64,000 bases of DNA from Candidatus Bathyarchaeota archaeon RBG_16_48_13 (lineage in GTDB: Archaea; Thermoproteota; Bathyarchaeia; RBG-16-48-13), in contig MEZH01000001.1 of the NCBI GenBank assembly GCA_001775995.1, positions 1 to 64,000 on the forward strand, in the 5' to 3' direction. The notes under the pieces were generated by a model. That model was not told the origin of the DNA. It did not search any database and was given only the letters and a program-made list of their open reading frames with translations. Shown one piece after another: positions 49,325 to 57,797 of the stretch (position 1 is its first letter; each line of letters starts with the position of its first letter). The translations under genes were made by a program, and so were the position numbers.

Positions 49325-50029
49325 TCAAATGATGCTCTTCCTAAGAACATGTACAGTGGTTTTGTTACCAACGTAGACCTCTGTGGCCATATCTAGGAAA
49401 AGCCCTGTTTCAACAATTCCGGGGATCGTCTTGAGTTTGTTTTCGAGGTTTCCCGGTTCTTTTATGACGCCAAAATCCACGTCAATTATGAAATTGTTAT
49501 TATCAGTAATGACGGGCCCAACTTTGCCCAAGGACTGCCTTAAGATAGGTTTTCCGCCCAGTTGTTGGATTCTTTTCGACGATGTCTGTAGGGCGATAGG
49601 GAATATCTCAAGGGGAACTGGATGATCTAGAATCGCGGCAATTTTGGTTTCATCTACGACTATCAAGAGGTCTTTAGCGGCACTGTCAATAATCTTCTCG
49701 CGGGTTAGCGCCGCGCCTCCGCCCTTTATAAGGTTCAGATCTCTAGAGACCTGGTCAGCACCATCAATCGCGATGTCTATCTCAGGGTTTTCGTTGAGGG
49801 TAGTCAGTCTTATTCCAGATTCAATGGCCAAAAACATCGATTGATAGGAAGTGGGAATCCCTAAAACATTCAGACCTTCCGTCGCGATTCTTTTTCCGAG
49901 TTCTCTTATGGCATAAGCTGCTGTGCTTCCACTCCCCAAACCAACGATTTGGCCATCTCTAATTCTCTTAAGAGCTTGTTCAACGGCCGCTCTCTTTGCA
50001 TCCTCTCTCCAGTCCTTCTCAAAGGACAT
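49325..50029 (-). CDS. rpiA: Ribose-5-phosphate isomerase A
   Basis: GLGSGSTA, DGADQV and KGGGAAL. Confidence 0.96.
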   Translation of the reverse strand: MSFEKDWREDAKRAAVEQALKRIRDGQIVGLGSGSTAAYAIRELGKRIATEGLNVLGIPTSYQSMFLAIESGIRLTTLNENPEIDIAIDGADQVSRDLNLIKGGGAALTREKIIDSAAKDLLIVVDETKIAAILDHPVPLEIFPIALQTSSKRIQQLGGKPILRQSLGKVGPVITDNNNFIIDVDFGVIKEPGNLENKLKTIPGIVETGLFLDMATEVYVGNKTTVHVLRKSII

Positions 50030-50031
50030 TC

Positions 50032-50652
50032 TTAGATTCCAGCCTCGGTCTTGTCGAGTTTTTCGATGAGCTTCAGTACCTCTTCCCTGATATTCTCGAT
50101 CTTCTGTTCTGTTGGACTCTTAGGAGTTGGTGGCTTAGGCTTTGTCTCCTTTGGCCTAGTCTTTTCCGACGGAGTCTTGGCAGCCTCATCCTTGGGTTTC
50201 TCTTCAGCCACTTCGCTACGCTTTTGCCCCAAGAGGCCACGGACATCGTCGATCTTACGATTCAATTCATCTATCTTTTCGTAGAACATCCCGATTAGTT
50301 CAGATTGAGTCTCTTCCAGTTTGTATAAGTCTATGACGGACTGACTATAATCTAGTTTCTCTTCTATCTGACTAAGTTCTTCTTTATACTTCTTGGTGAG
50401 GTGGTCCCGTTCACCCTCGCTTATCTTTCCTTCAGCCTCTGCCTCATAGAGTCGCGTCAAGGCGTAGCTAGTGATCTCCTTCAAGAGGCTGGAGATCTTC
50501 AACTCCTCTTTCGCTTGAGTTGCCTCTTCATCTTTGATCGTCTTACTGGAGGTGAATGGCAATTTCATTCTTGGTTCTTCTGTAATGGGAAGAGTCGTCG
50601 ACTTTTCAGGCTCTTTCTTTTCTTTTCCGAAATATTTCATTATACGGCTCAA
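50032..50652 (-). CDS. Hypothetical coiled-coil protein
   Basis: 206-aa charged helical ORF whose stop abuts the rpiA start. Confidence 0.7.
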   Translation of the reverse strand: MSRIMKYFGKEKKEPEKSTTLPITEEPRMKLPFTSSKTIKDEEATQAKEELKISSLLKEITSYALTRLYEAEAEGKISEGERDHLTKKYKEELSQIEEKLDYSQSVIDLYKLEETQSELIGMFYEKIDELNRKIDDVRGLLGQKRSEVAEEKPKDEAAKTPSEKTRPKETKPKPPTPKSPTEQKIENIREEVLKLIEKLDKTEAGI

Positions 50653-50833
50653 AGAATCTGAAACCTCGGCTACAGTTAGGAGTATCCTATCCCGGATTAT
50701 GTAATTTCTGGAGTAGTTCTTATAAGCGTAATTTCTTCAAATAAAACATTTCTTGTCAATGGATTCGTTGGGAGAAAATTGGAAAAACATGGGCAATCCA
50801 GTAGGATTGCCGATTTTCGGGGAGGGAAAACAT

Positions 50834-50850
50834 AAAAGCTAATCTATAAC
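50834..50850 (+). promoter_or_regulatory. BRE/TATA-like promoter of tRNA-Thr(GGT)
   Basis: AAAAGCTAATCTATAAC; TATAA lies 21-25 nt upstream of 50870. Confidence 0.5.
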
Positions 50851-50882
50851 CTTCTTGAATGTCAAATGTGCCCCGGCATCGA

Positions 50883-51016
50883 GCCTCGGTACCCAAACCT
50901 TGGGCGAGAGAGCTCAGCATGGTCAGATGCCTTGAGTGCGAAGGCGGGCTAAAGCGCCAGCTTGGTATCCATCAACAAAGAGCTGTAGGTCGCGGGTCCG
51001 AATCCCGCCCGGGGCT
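50883..51016 (+). tRNA. tRNA-Thr(GGT), introns at 8/9 (20 nt, 50891-50910), 22/23 (26 nt, 50927-50952) and 37/38 (13 nt, 50968-50980); CCA encoded
   Basis: 8/9 intron has a strict BHB (GAGC/GCTC, CTCG/CGAG, CCCAA/TTGGG); 22/23 central helix GGTC/GGCT. Confidence 0.88.
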
Positions 51017-51389
51017 CCAAGATTTTCCACTTTAATTATGAAGGAAAAAAAGGAAGAATAATGATCACATGCCCGTGGAAGGGCACAATACCCGAAAAAG
51101 GCTATTCGTAACTACTTTTTCTTTGGTTTTGCTTTTGCTTTCTTCTTGGACATTATAGAGTTCTCCGACTCGATAATTTTGTAGCTTTTAGAATAAAAAA
51201 CTTTACATCGAGAAACTGGCCCTAAACCAATTCGAAGAAGAGTTTGGAACCAAACCGCACCTTAGACGCATTCTGGAGCGGTATTTGGAAGCTGTTATTT
51301 CATAGAAAAAATTTAAAGACTCGTTTTGAGTCAATTAAGCGCCTTTATAGAGGAAACTCGTCTTTAAGACTTCACAATGAGGAACCTAA

Positions 51390-52223
51390 ATGTACCAGAT
51401 AGTAGCCGAAATAGAACTGGCGCCTAACATAAAGCAATTCAGAATCAATGCCCCGCTGATAGCAAAGAAATGTATGCCAGGTCAGTTCATAGTTCTCCGA
51501 ACGAACGAGAAAGGAGAAAGAATTCCTCTAACTGTCTTCGAAAAAGATCCCGGGGAAGGGACGATTACAATAATATTCCAAGAAGTGGGGAAAACTACCA
51601 AGGAGCTCGGTAGATTGAGAACCGGGGAGGCCATTCAAGACGTCGTTGGACCGCTCGGCACTCCTTCCGAAATTAGAAATTATGGTCAAGTCGTGGCGAT
51701 AGCTGGCGGAACGGCTGCTGCTGTGGCTTATCCGGAGATTAAGGCTTTGAAACTAGTTGGAAACAAACTGATAACCATTTTGGGTGCTCGCAGTAAGGAT
51801 CTCTTAATTCTTGAGGAAGAAATGAGAAAATACAGTGATGAATTATACATAACGACCGATGATGGCTCAAAGGGTCACCATGGTTTTGTGACAGATGTTC
51901 TCAAGAAGCTTGTTGCTGATGGTAAGAAAATCGACATGGTTCTAGCTATAGGGCCAGCTATAATGATGAAGGTCGCTTCAGAGATTACTCGACCTTTCAA
52001 CATACGGACGATTGTTAGCGTCAACCCTATTATGTTGGACGCTACAGGGATGTGTGGCGTCTGTAGAGTAAGGGTGAACAACGAGATGAAGTTGGGCTGC
52101 GTTGACGGACCGGAATTTGATGGGCACCTAGTGGATTTTGATCAACTTATGGCCCGCCAAAATATGTATACAGAAAAGGAAAAGGAATCCCTTCACGCAT
52201 ACGAAGCCAAAATGAAAAAATGA
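51390..52223 (+). CDS. nfnA: NfnA/SudB-type FAD/NAD-binding subunit of a bifurcating transhydrogenase
   Basis: ERIPLT, GPLG and DATGMCGVCRV..CVDGPEF motifs. Confidence 0.88.
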   Translation: MYQIVAEIELAPNIKQFRINAPLIAKKCMPGQFIVLRTNEKGERIPLTVFEKDPGEGTITIIFQEVGKTTKELGRLRTGEAIQDVVGPLGTPSEIRNYGQVVAIAGGTAAAVAYPEIKALKLVGNKLITILGARSKDLLILEEEMRKYSDELYITTDDGSKGHHGFVTDVLKKLVADGKKIDMVLAIGPAIMMKVASEITRPFNIRTIVSVNPIMLDATGMCGVCRVRVNNEMKLGCVDGPEFDGHLVDFDQLMARQNMYTEKEKESLHAYEAKMKK

Positions 52224-52236
52224 AAGGTGCAGGATA

Positions 52237-53724
52237 TTGGAGCTAAATAAAATAGACACAGGAATTTCAACCAAAGAGATGATATTGAACATAGTACTTT
52301 ACAAGGAAGACCCAAACTATCCAACAGTCTACAGATATTTTAGAAGACAGGAAATGCCAAAGCAACCCATAGTAGAGAGGATCAAGAACTTCAACGAAGT
52401 TGCTTTAGGTTTTGAGCCGGACCAAGCTATAATGGAAGCGAGCAGATGTCTGCAATGCCAAGATCCTCAATGTCGAAGGGGCTGTCCTGTTGGCATCAAT
52501 ATCACATCTTTCTGCGGGTATGTTAGAGAAGGAAATTTTGACAAGGCCATCTCAGTGATTAGAGAAAGCAACAGTCTTCCAGCAATATGTGGCAGAGTCT
52601 GCCCTCAGGAGAGTCAATGTGAAGCTTACTGCGCGATGGGTCAAACAGGGTCGCCTCTAGCTATCGGAGCTTTGGAGAGATTCTTAGCTGATTACGAATT
52701 GAAGAAGGGAATTACGATGCCTAGTATCGCTCCAATTACTGGAAAAAAGGTTGCTGTAATTGGATCTGGACCAGCAGGATTGACTGTAGCTGGGGACCTA
52801 GCCAAGTTAGGTCACATTGTCTCTATCTTTGAAGCTCTCCACACACCAGGTGGCGTACTAGCTTACGGTATACCTGAATTCAGATTGCCTAAGTCGATTG
52901 TGGCTGCCGAGGTTGACTATGTCAAAAGACTTGGTGCAAAGCTGGAGACTAACATGGTAATTGGAAAGATTTTCACAATCGATGAACTCGTTGAAATGGG
53001 GTACCAAGCGATTTTTCTAGGGACTGGAGCTGGATCGCCTTATTTTCTTAGTATATCTGGAGAAAATCTGAATGGAGTCTACTCGGCAAATGAGTTCTTG
53101 ACCAGATGCAATTTAATGAAGTCATATCTCTTTCCAGAATACGATACGCCTCTGATTGTGGGAAAGGAAGTTGTAGTGATCGGAGGAGGAAATGTGACAA
53201 TGGATTCTGCCCGAACCGCTTTGAGGCTCGGGGTGGAGAAGGTACATGTGGTATATAGGCGATCTGAACAGGAGATGCCAGCTCGAAGAGAAGAGGTTCT
53301 GAATGCTAAAGATGAGGGGATACTGTTTAATTTCTTGACATACCCTCTGCGACTCATAGGCAACTCTAGGGGTTGGGTTGAGAAGGTAGAATGCGGAATG
53401 ATGGAACTTTGTGAGCCTGATGAAACGGGTAGGAGAAGACCAGTACCGATCCCCAATCATAGTTTCACGATAGATGCTCAGACAGTGATCATAGCTATAG
53501 GTCAGGGACCAAATCCGCTCCTGTCAAAAGTGACAAAAGATCTTGAAACGGACAGAGATGGCCGTTTCATAGCTGACGAATGGGGAAGGACATCAAAGAG
53601 GGGCATTTGGTCAGGGGGAGATGTTGCAACCGGGTGGGCGGATGCAACGGTCATCAACGCCATGGGTACGGGAAAGAGGGCGGCATCTTCAATTCATCAA
53701 TTCCTGACAACTGGCCAATGGTAA
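52237..53724 (+). CDS. nfnB: NfnB/SudA (GltD-like) NADPH-dependent flavoprotein
   Basis: RCLQC..C..GCP, CGRVCPQE..CE, GSGPAG, GIPEFRLPK and GGGNV. Confidence 0.88.
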   Translation: MELNKIDTGISTKEMILNIVLYKEDPNYPTVYRYFRRQEMPKQPIVERIKNFNEVALGFEPDQAIMEASRCLQCQDPQCRRGCPVGINITSFCGYVREGNFDKAISVIRESNSLPAICGRVCPQESQCEAYCAMGQTGSPLAIGALERFLADYELKKGITMPSIAPITGKKVAVIGSGPAGLTVAGDLAKLGHIVSIFEALHTPGGVLAYGIPEFRLPKSIVAAEVDYVKRLGAKLETNMVIGKIFTIDELVEMGYQAIFLGTGAGSPYFLSISGENLNGVYSANEFLTRCNLMKSYLFPEYDTPLIVGKEVVVIGGGNVTMDSARTALRLGVEKVHVVYRRSEQEMPARREEVLNAKDEGILFNFLTYPLRLIGNSRGWVEKVECGMMELCEPDETGRRRPVPIPNHSFTIDAQTVIIAIGQGPNPLLSKVTKDLETDRDGRFIADEWGRTSKRGIWSGGDVATGWADATVINAMGTGKRAASSIHQFLTTGQW

Positions 53725-53778
53725 ACCGCCGTCATTTCTTATCGCAGTTTGAGATTGCTTCTTGGGTGGAACGATGAT

Positions 53779-54590
53779 TTGAACTGGAACACTCTCATAT
53801 TAGAGGCAGCCACAGAAGTAAAGCGAAGAGTCACACATCTAGTTGGGACAAATGAGGGCAGAAGATCTTTTGGAATTGGAGCTGGCGGGGACACCACAAG
53901 AAAAATAGACAAGGCTGCGGAAGAAGCGATCGTTGATACCTTGAATTATCAGTGTGCTGCACCTTTGTGAGCGAGGAAATGGGCACTAAGATCATAGGTG
54001 GAGAATCAGATTTATTCGTGGTGGCGGACCCTGTTGATGGGACAACTAACGCACTTCATAGCATAGATTTCTATGCTACATCCATAGCAATCTCTGACAA
54101 ACCATTTTTGGACGGGGTGTTCTACGGATTAGTAATGAATCTGGTGAATGGTGAAGTATTTGAGGCTGGAAGAGGAAGAGGAGCTCTCCACAACGGACAG
54201 CCATTAGAGGTATCAAGCGAGACGGACGTCGCTTCGAGCATTGTAGGTATAGACTTAAGTGGAATCGATAAAATCATGCTGAAAAGAGTTGAACCAATTA
54301 TTTTGAGTTGCCGTCATCTAAGGCATTTTGGCGCCAACGCATTAGAGTTATGTCAAGTGGCTTCTGGACTGATAGAAGTATTTATCGATATTAGAGATAG
54401 GATTCGAGCTACTGACATAGCAGCAGCTTACTTACTACTAAGAGAGGCGGGTGGAGTGGTGCTGGATCCTACTGGGGTTGAACTAAATGTACCCTTGACC
54501 CCCAAATCCAGAGCATCTTTGATAGCCGGAAACCCAAAGATATGCAATAGGATTCTGGACAAATTCAGAATAGCCTCAAAGATTTACTGA
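53779..54590 (+). CDS. Inositol monophosphatase/FBPase family protein, frameshifted near 53950
   Basis: GAGGD..ID-x2-AE in one frame; SEE, DPVDGT and DIAAA in the next. Confidence 0.85.
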
Positions 54591-54675
54591 TCGTGGCAGC
54601 AGATGATTCTTACTCCTTAACGGATCGAAGCTAAGTCAGGATTGATGTGGGTAGGTGTTTTTAGGATTTCAATGG

Positions 54676-54760
54676 TGCGGAGGAAGGGATTTGAACCCTT
54701 GGACTCCTGCGAGACAAGGTCCTGAGCCTTGCGCCTTTGACCAAACTTGGCTACCTCCGC
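54676..54760 (-). tRNA. tRNA-Leu(CAG), no intron; CCA encoded
   Basis: GCGGAGG/CCTCCGC acceptor, CAAGG/CCTTG stem, long variable arm. Confidence 0.95.
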
Positions 54761-54886
54761 TGCAAACTAACCATAAGGGATATGCTCTCTCCCTTAAATA
54801 TCATTACTTAGAAAGAACAGAAACATTTCCAATTGAGAATCTTTTGAGTAAAGTGGACGAAATTGAGTTTAGCTTTAGAAAGATGG

Positions 54887-54971
54887 TGCGGGGAGTGGGA
54901 CTTGAACCCACGAAGGCCTGCGCCATAGGAGCCTCAGTCCTACTCCTTAGACCTAGCTCGGAAATCCCCGC
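54887..54971 (-). tRNA. tRNA-Leu(GAG), no intron; CCA encoded
   Basis: GCGGGGA/TCCCCGC acceptor, TAGGA/TCCTA stem, long variable arm. Confidence 0.93.
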
Positions 54972-55037
54972 CTTGCCGACCAGAATCTAGATGGAATATT
55001 TCTTAGCTATTAAGGTATTCCAATTCCAAATGAATGA

Positions 55038-55111
55038 AGCCTCGGCCGGGCTTCGATCCCGGGACTTACGGCTTACGAGGTCGTCGCTCTACCAGACTGA
55101 GCCACCGAGGC
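55038..55111 (-). tRNA. tRNA-Thr(CGT), no intron
   Basis: GCCTCGG/CCGAGGC acceptor; one A.C mismatch in the anticodon stem; T-loop ATCGAAG. Confidence 0.85.
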
Positions 55112-55202
55112 ACACTAACTATTGGAGAGGTAGAGGTTTTTAAAGAAATTTTTCATAATCTAAGGATATTATGTATAGACTCCTAATTGTGGGGCGTGAT
55201 AA

Positions 55203-56237
55203 GTGTTGTTGAGAGCTAAGGATCTTGGGGAATGGAAGATAATAGATATCTTCCATAAGAATTTCGAGGAAGCTCCTGATCTTCTAGTGCCCTTTGGCGA
55301 TGATGTCTCTGTGGTTGACCTTGGAAAAGATGCTTTGGCAGCAATTAAGACGGATATGTTGGTAGCTTCGACCGATGTGCCACCTGGGATGACGGACTGG
55401 CAAGTGGGTAGAAAAGCAGTGGTCGGAACGATAAGCGATTTTGCAGCAAAAGGGGTCGAACCCAAGGCCGTACTGGTCTCTTTGGGTATTCCTGCTGAAT
55501 ATTCGAAAATCAGCTTGGAAGCTTTAGCCAAAGGAGTCAATGCCGGGGCCAGAGAATACGGTGCCTTTGTCCTCGGAGGTGACACAAATGAGTCCAGAGA
55601 TCTGGTAATTGCAGTTATGCTCTTGGGGGCGACAAGAAAAGGCCAAATAACTCTCCGAAGCACAGCGAAACCCAATGATATTGTAGCTGTCACTGGCCCA
55701 TTTGGGAAGACTGCGGCAGGGCTACAATGCCTTGTTGATAAAACGGTAAGAATTCGCAGGAAGCTGGAAGCGGAACTATTGGAAGCCTTGTACATGCCGA
55801 AAGCAAGACTAAATGAGGGACTGACCCTGAGCAAGCGTGGTCTAACAACTTCCATAATTGATTCTAGCGATGGGCTAGCTTGGAGTCTTCACGAATTATC
55901 CAAATCAAGTAGAAAGGGGTTCATTGTAGACAAGTTGCCAACAACTGAGTCTGTGAAGGAATATGCAAAAATGAGCAACATTAAGCTTGAGGATCTTATC
56001 CTCTACGGTGGCGAGGAATATGAATTGGTCATGACTGTAAACCAAGAGAAATGGGAAGAAGCCAAAGAGGCTATTGAACAAGTCGGTGGAAAACTCATTA
56101 GAATTGGTCGCACAACACGTGAGCGAGGTGTTAGATACAAAAGAGGTCATGATACGATACTTATTGAATCTCGTGGATGGGAACACTTCAAATCAGGTGA
56201 TCAAAACAAGGAGACTCTAGCAAGGAGATTCAGGTAA
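55203..56237 (+). CDS. thiL: Thiamine-monophosphate kinase
   Basis: GDD, ISDFAAKG, GGDTN, DSSDGL and GGEEYEL. Confidence 0.93.
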   Translation: MLLRAKDLGEWKIIDIFHKNFEEAPDLLVPFGDDVSVVDLGKDALAAIKTDMLVASTDVPPGMTDWQVGRKAVVGTISDFAAKGVEPKAVLVSLGIPAEYSKISLEALAKGVNAGAREYGAFVLGGDTNESRDLVIAVMLLGATRKGQITLRSTAKPNDIVAVTGPFGKTAAGLQCLVDKTVRIRRKLEAELLEALYMPKARLNEGLTLSKRGLTTSIIDSSDGLAWSLHELSKSSRKGFIVDKLPTTESVKEYAKMSNIKLEDLILYGGEEYELVMTVNQEKWEEAKEAIEQVGGKLIRIGRTTRERGVRYKRGHDTILIESRGWEHFKSGDQNKETLARRFR

Positions 56238-56300
56238 AGATGACTAATTTGTGAAAGATCATCACGCATGCGATGCAAGCTTTCTCGCATGTAATTGTAG

Positions 56301-56445
56301 CGGGCCCGACGGGAATTGAACCCGTGACCCCCGGATTTCTTCTTTTCTCATTAAAAGTTTCACCGAAGCGCCATTTTCAGGCGACCTCTCCGATGCTCTT
56401 CCTAGCTGAGCCTCCCGGCCGAAACAAAGATCGGCTTACGGGCCC
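56301..56445 (-). tRNA. tRNA-Lys(TTT), introns at 9/10 (25 nt, 56412-56436), 30/31 (31 nt, 56359-56389) and 37/38 (15 nt, 56337-56351)
   Basis: 9/10 strict BHB (GGG/CTC, CCCG/CGGG, GCCGA/TCGGC); 30/31 central helix CATC/GGTG; G73. Confidence 0.88.
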
Positions 56446-56481
56446 ATGGACCCGCTAAGAAGCTTTCTCAAACGGAATCTT

Positions 56482-56530
56482 CCTAATAACTTTTCCTCTT
56501 CCATTTGTTATAGTAAAAATTTAAATAAAA
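56482..56530. promoter_or_regulatory. Divergent BRE/TATA-like promoters for tRNA-Lys (minus) and tRNA-Asp (plus)
   Basis: Minus strand GAAAAGTTATTAG about 27-33 nt upstream of 56455; plus strand TTTAAATA at 56520-56527. Confidence 0.5.
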
Positions 56531-56553
56531 ACTGCTCATTCAATGTGATGGAA

Positions 56554-56680
56554 GCCCTGGTAGTATAGCCCGGCCTAGTATGTGCGGCTGAACCCGAAAA
56601 AAGGGTAGCCGAATCACCCGCACGACCCGGGTTCAAATCCCGGCCAAAGGAAAGAAAAGAATCTTTCCTACCGAAGGGCG
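56554..56680 (+). tRNA. tRNA-Asp(GTC), introns at 34/35 (23 nt, 56591-56613) and 68/69 (29 nt, 56647-56675); CCA encoded
   Basis: Removing both gives GCCCTGG/CCAGGGC acceptor, G73, TGCGG/CCGCA stem and loop CTGTCAC. Confidence 0.85.
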
Positions 56681-56769
56681 CCACACTTTGATAGTGCCGG
56701 GGCTTCGCCATTCCATCAATTGACCGGTTGTCATTTTTATAAGCTCCAAGAGCGATAGATCATTTCCAG

Positions 56770-57774
56770 ATGACGAAAATGGCAACTTTGGGAATAGCGA
56801 TAACTCCCAGTAAGAGTCCATTGGAATATGTTAAGATTGCCCAGTTGTGCGAAACGATGGGTGTAGAATATATCTGGGTGGCTGACGAAATACCTTCTTC
56901 TCCGTATCGAGACCCATTTGTAACTATGACAATCTTAGCCCTGAACACAAAGAAAGTGAAACTTGGCACAGACATCACAAACCCTTACACACGACATCTA
57001 GCACATATTGCCGCGGCGATGTTATCTATAGATGAGATTTCTAATGGAAGAGCCGTAATTGGTCTTGGGCCAGGTGGCTCCCTGACTCTTCAGCCTTTGG
57101 GAATAAGGTTATGGGACAAACCTTTACTAACTGTCAGAGAAGCAGTCAATCTTCTTGGACGACTCGTAAACGGGGAAATCGTAAACCACGATAGCTCCCC
57201 CATGAAAATGGTCAGAGTCCAAATGTTCCGCAAAAGTAAGATTCCTATCTATTTAGCTGCCCGAGGAGAAGGAATGCTGTCTCTTGCGGGCGAGATAGCC
57301 GATGGAGTCCTTCCCACATCTCCAATAAAACTATTGAGGAATCAGGTGAATTTAATAAAGGAAAGTGCTAGGAAAGCAGGTCGCGACATCTCGAAGATTG
57401 ACATAGCAAACACTATACCCCTTTCAGTTTCCATGAATGAAAACCAAGCGCGAGAAGCAATAAAGCCCGAGATAACCTACATGATCACCAATCTTCCAAA
57501 ATCATGGCTTGTACAACTAGACATGAGCGAAAACGAGCAAGAGATTGTTAGAAAAGCCCTCTTCAAGGGAGGAATAATAGAAGCACAAAAGAAGATTAAA
57601 GACAAAATGGTAGACGCTCTCGGAATAGTTGGTACTCCTAAAACTTGCGCACAAAAATTCAGGGAAATGATGAATGCTGGGGCGACCCAAGTAGTCTTGT
57701 CATCACCCTTTGGCCCGGATCTGAAGGAGGCTTTCAATCTCATAAAGGACGACGTTATACCGAGACTTAAATAG
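56770..57774 (+). CDS. LLM-class flavin/F420-dependent oxidoreductase (Mer-like)
   Basis: WVADE, TNPYTRH, GRAVIGLGPG and IADG motifs. Confidence 0.88.
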   Translation: MTKMATLGIAITPSKSPLEYVKIAQLCETMGVEYIWVADEIPSSPYRDPFVTMTILALNTKKVKLGTDITNPYTRHLAHIAAAMLSIDEISNGRAVIGLGPGGSLTLQPLGIRLWDKPLLTVREAVNLLGRLVNGEIVNHDSSPMKMVRVQMFRKSKIPIYLAARGEGMLSLAGEIADGVLPTSPIKLLRNQVNLIKESARKAGRDISKIDIANTIPLSVSMNENQAREAIKPEITYMITNLPKSWLVQLDMSENEQEIVRKALFKGGIIEAQKKIKDKMVDALGIVGTPKTCAQKFREMMNAGATQVVLSSPFGPDLKEAFNLIKDDVIPRLK

Positions 57775-57797
57775 TCTTGGAAACAAATTCTTTATTT

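Noticed and set aside
50870-50890. GCCCCGG as the true 5' end of tRNA-Thr(GGT), implying C8 or a 13-nt acceptor intron
   Set aside because: The strict BHB defines G1 at 50883 with a normal T8-A9; the best alternative junction (4/5) has only 3 of 4 central pairs and almost no flanking stem.
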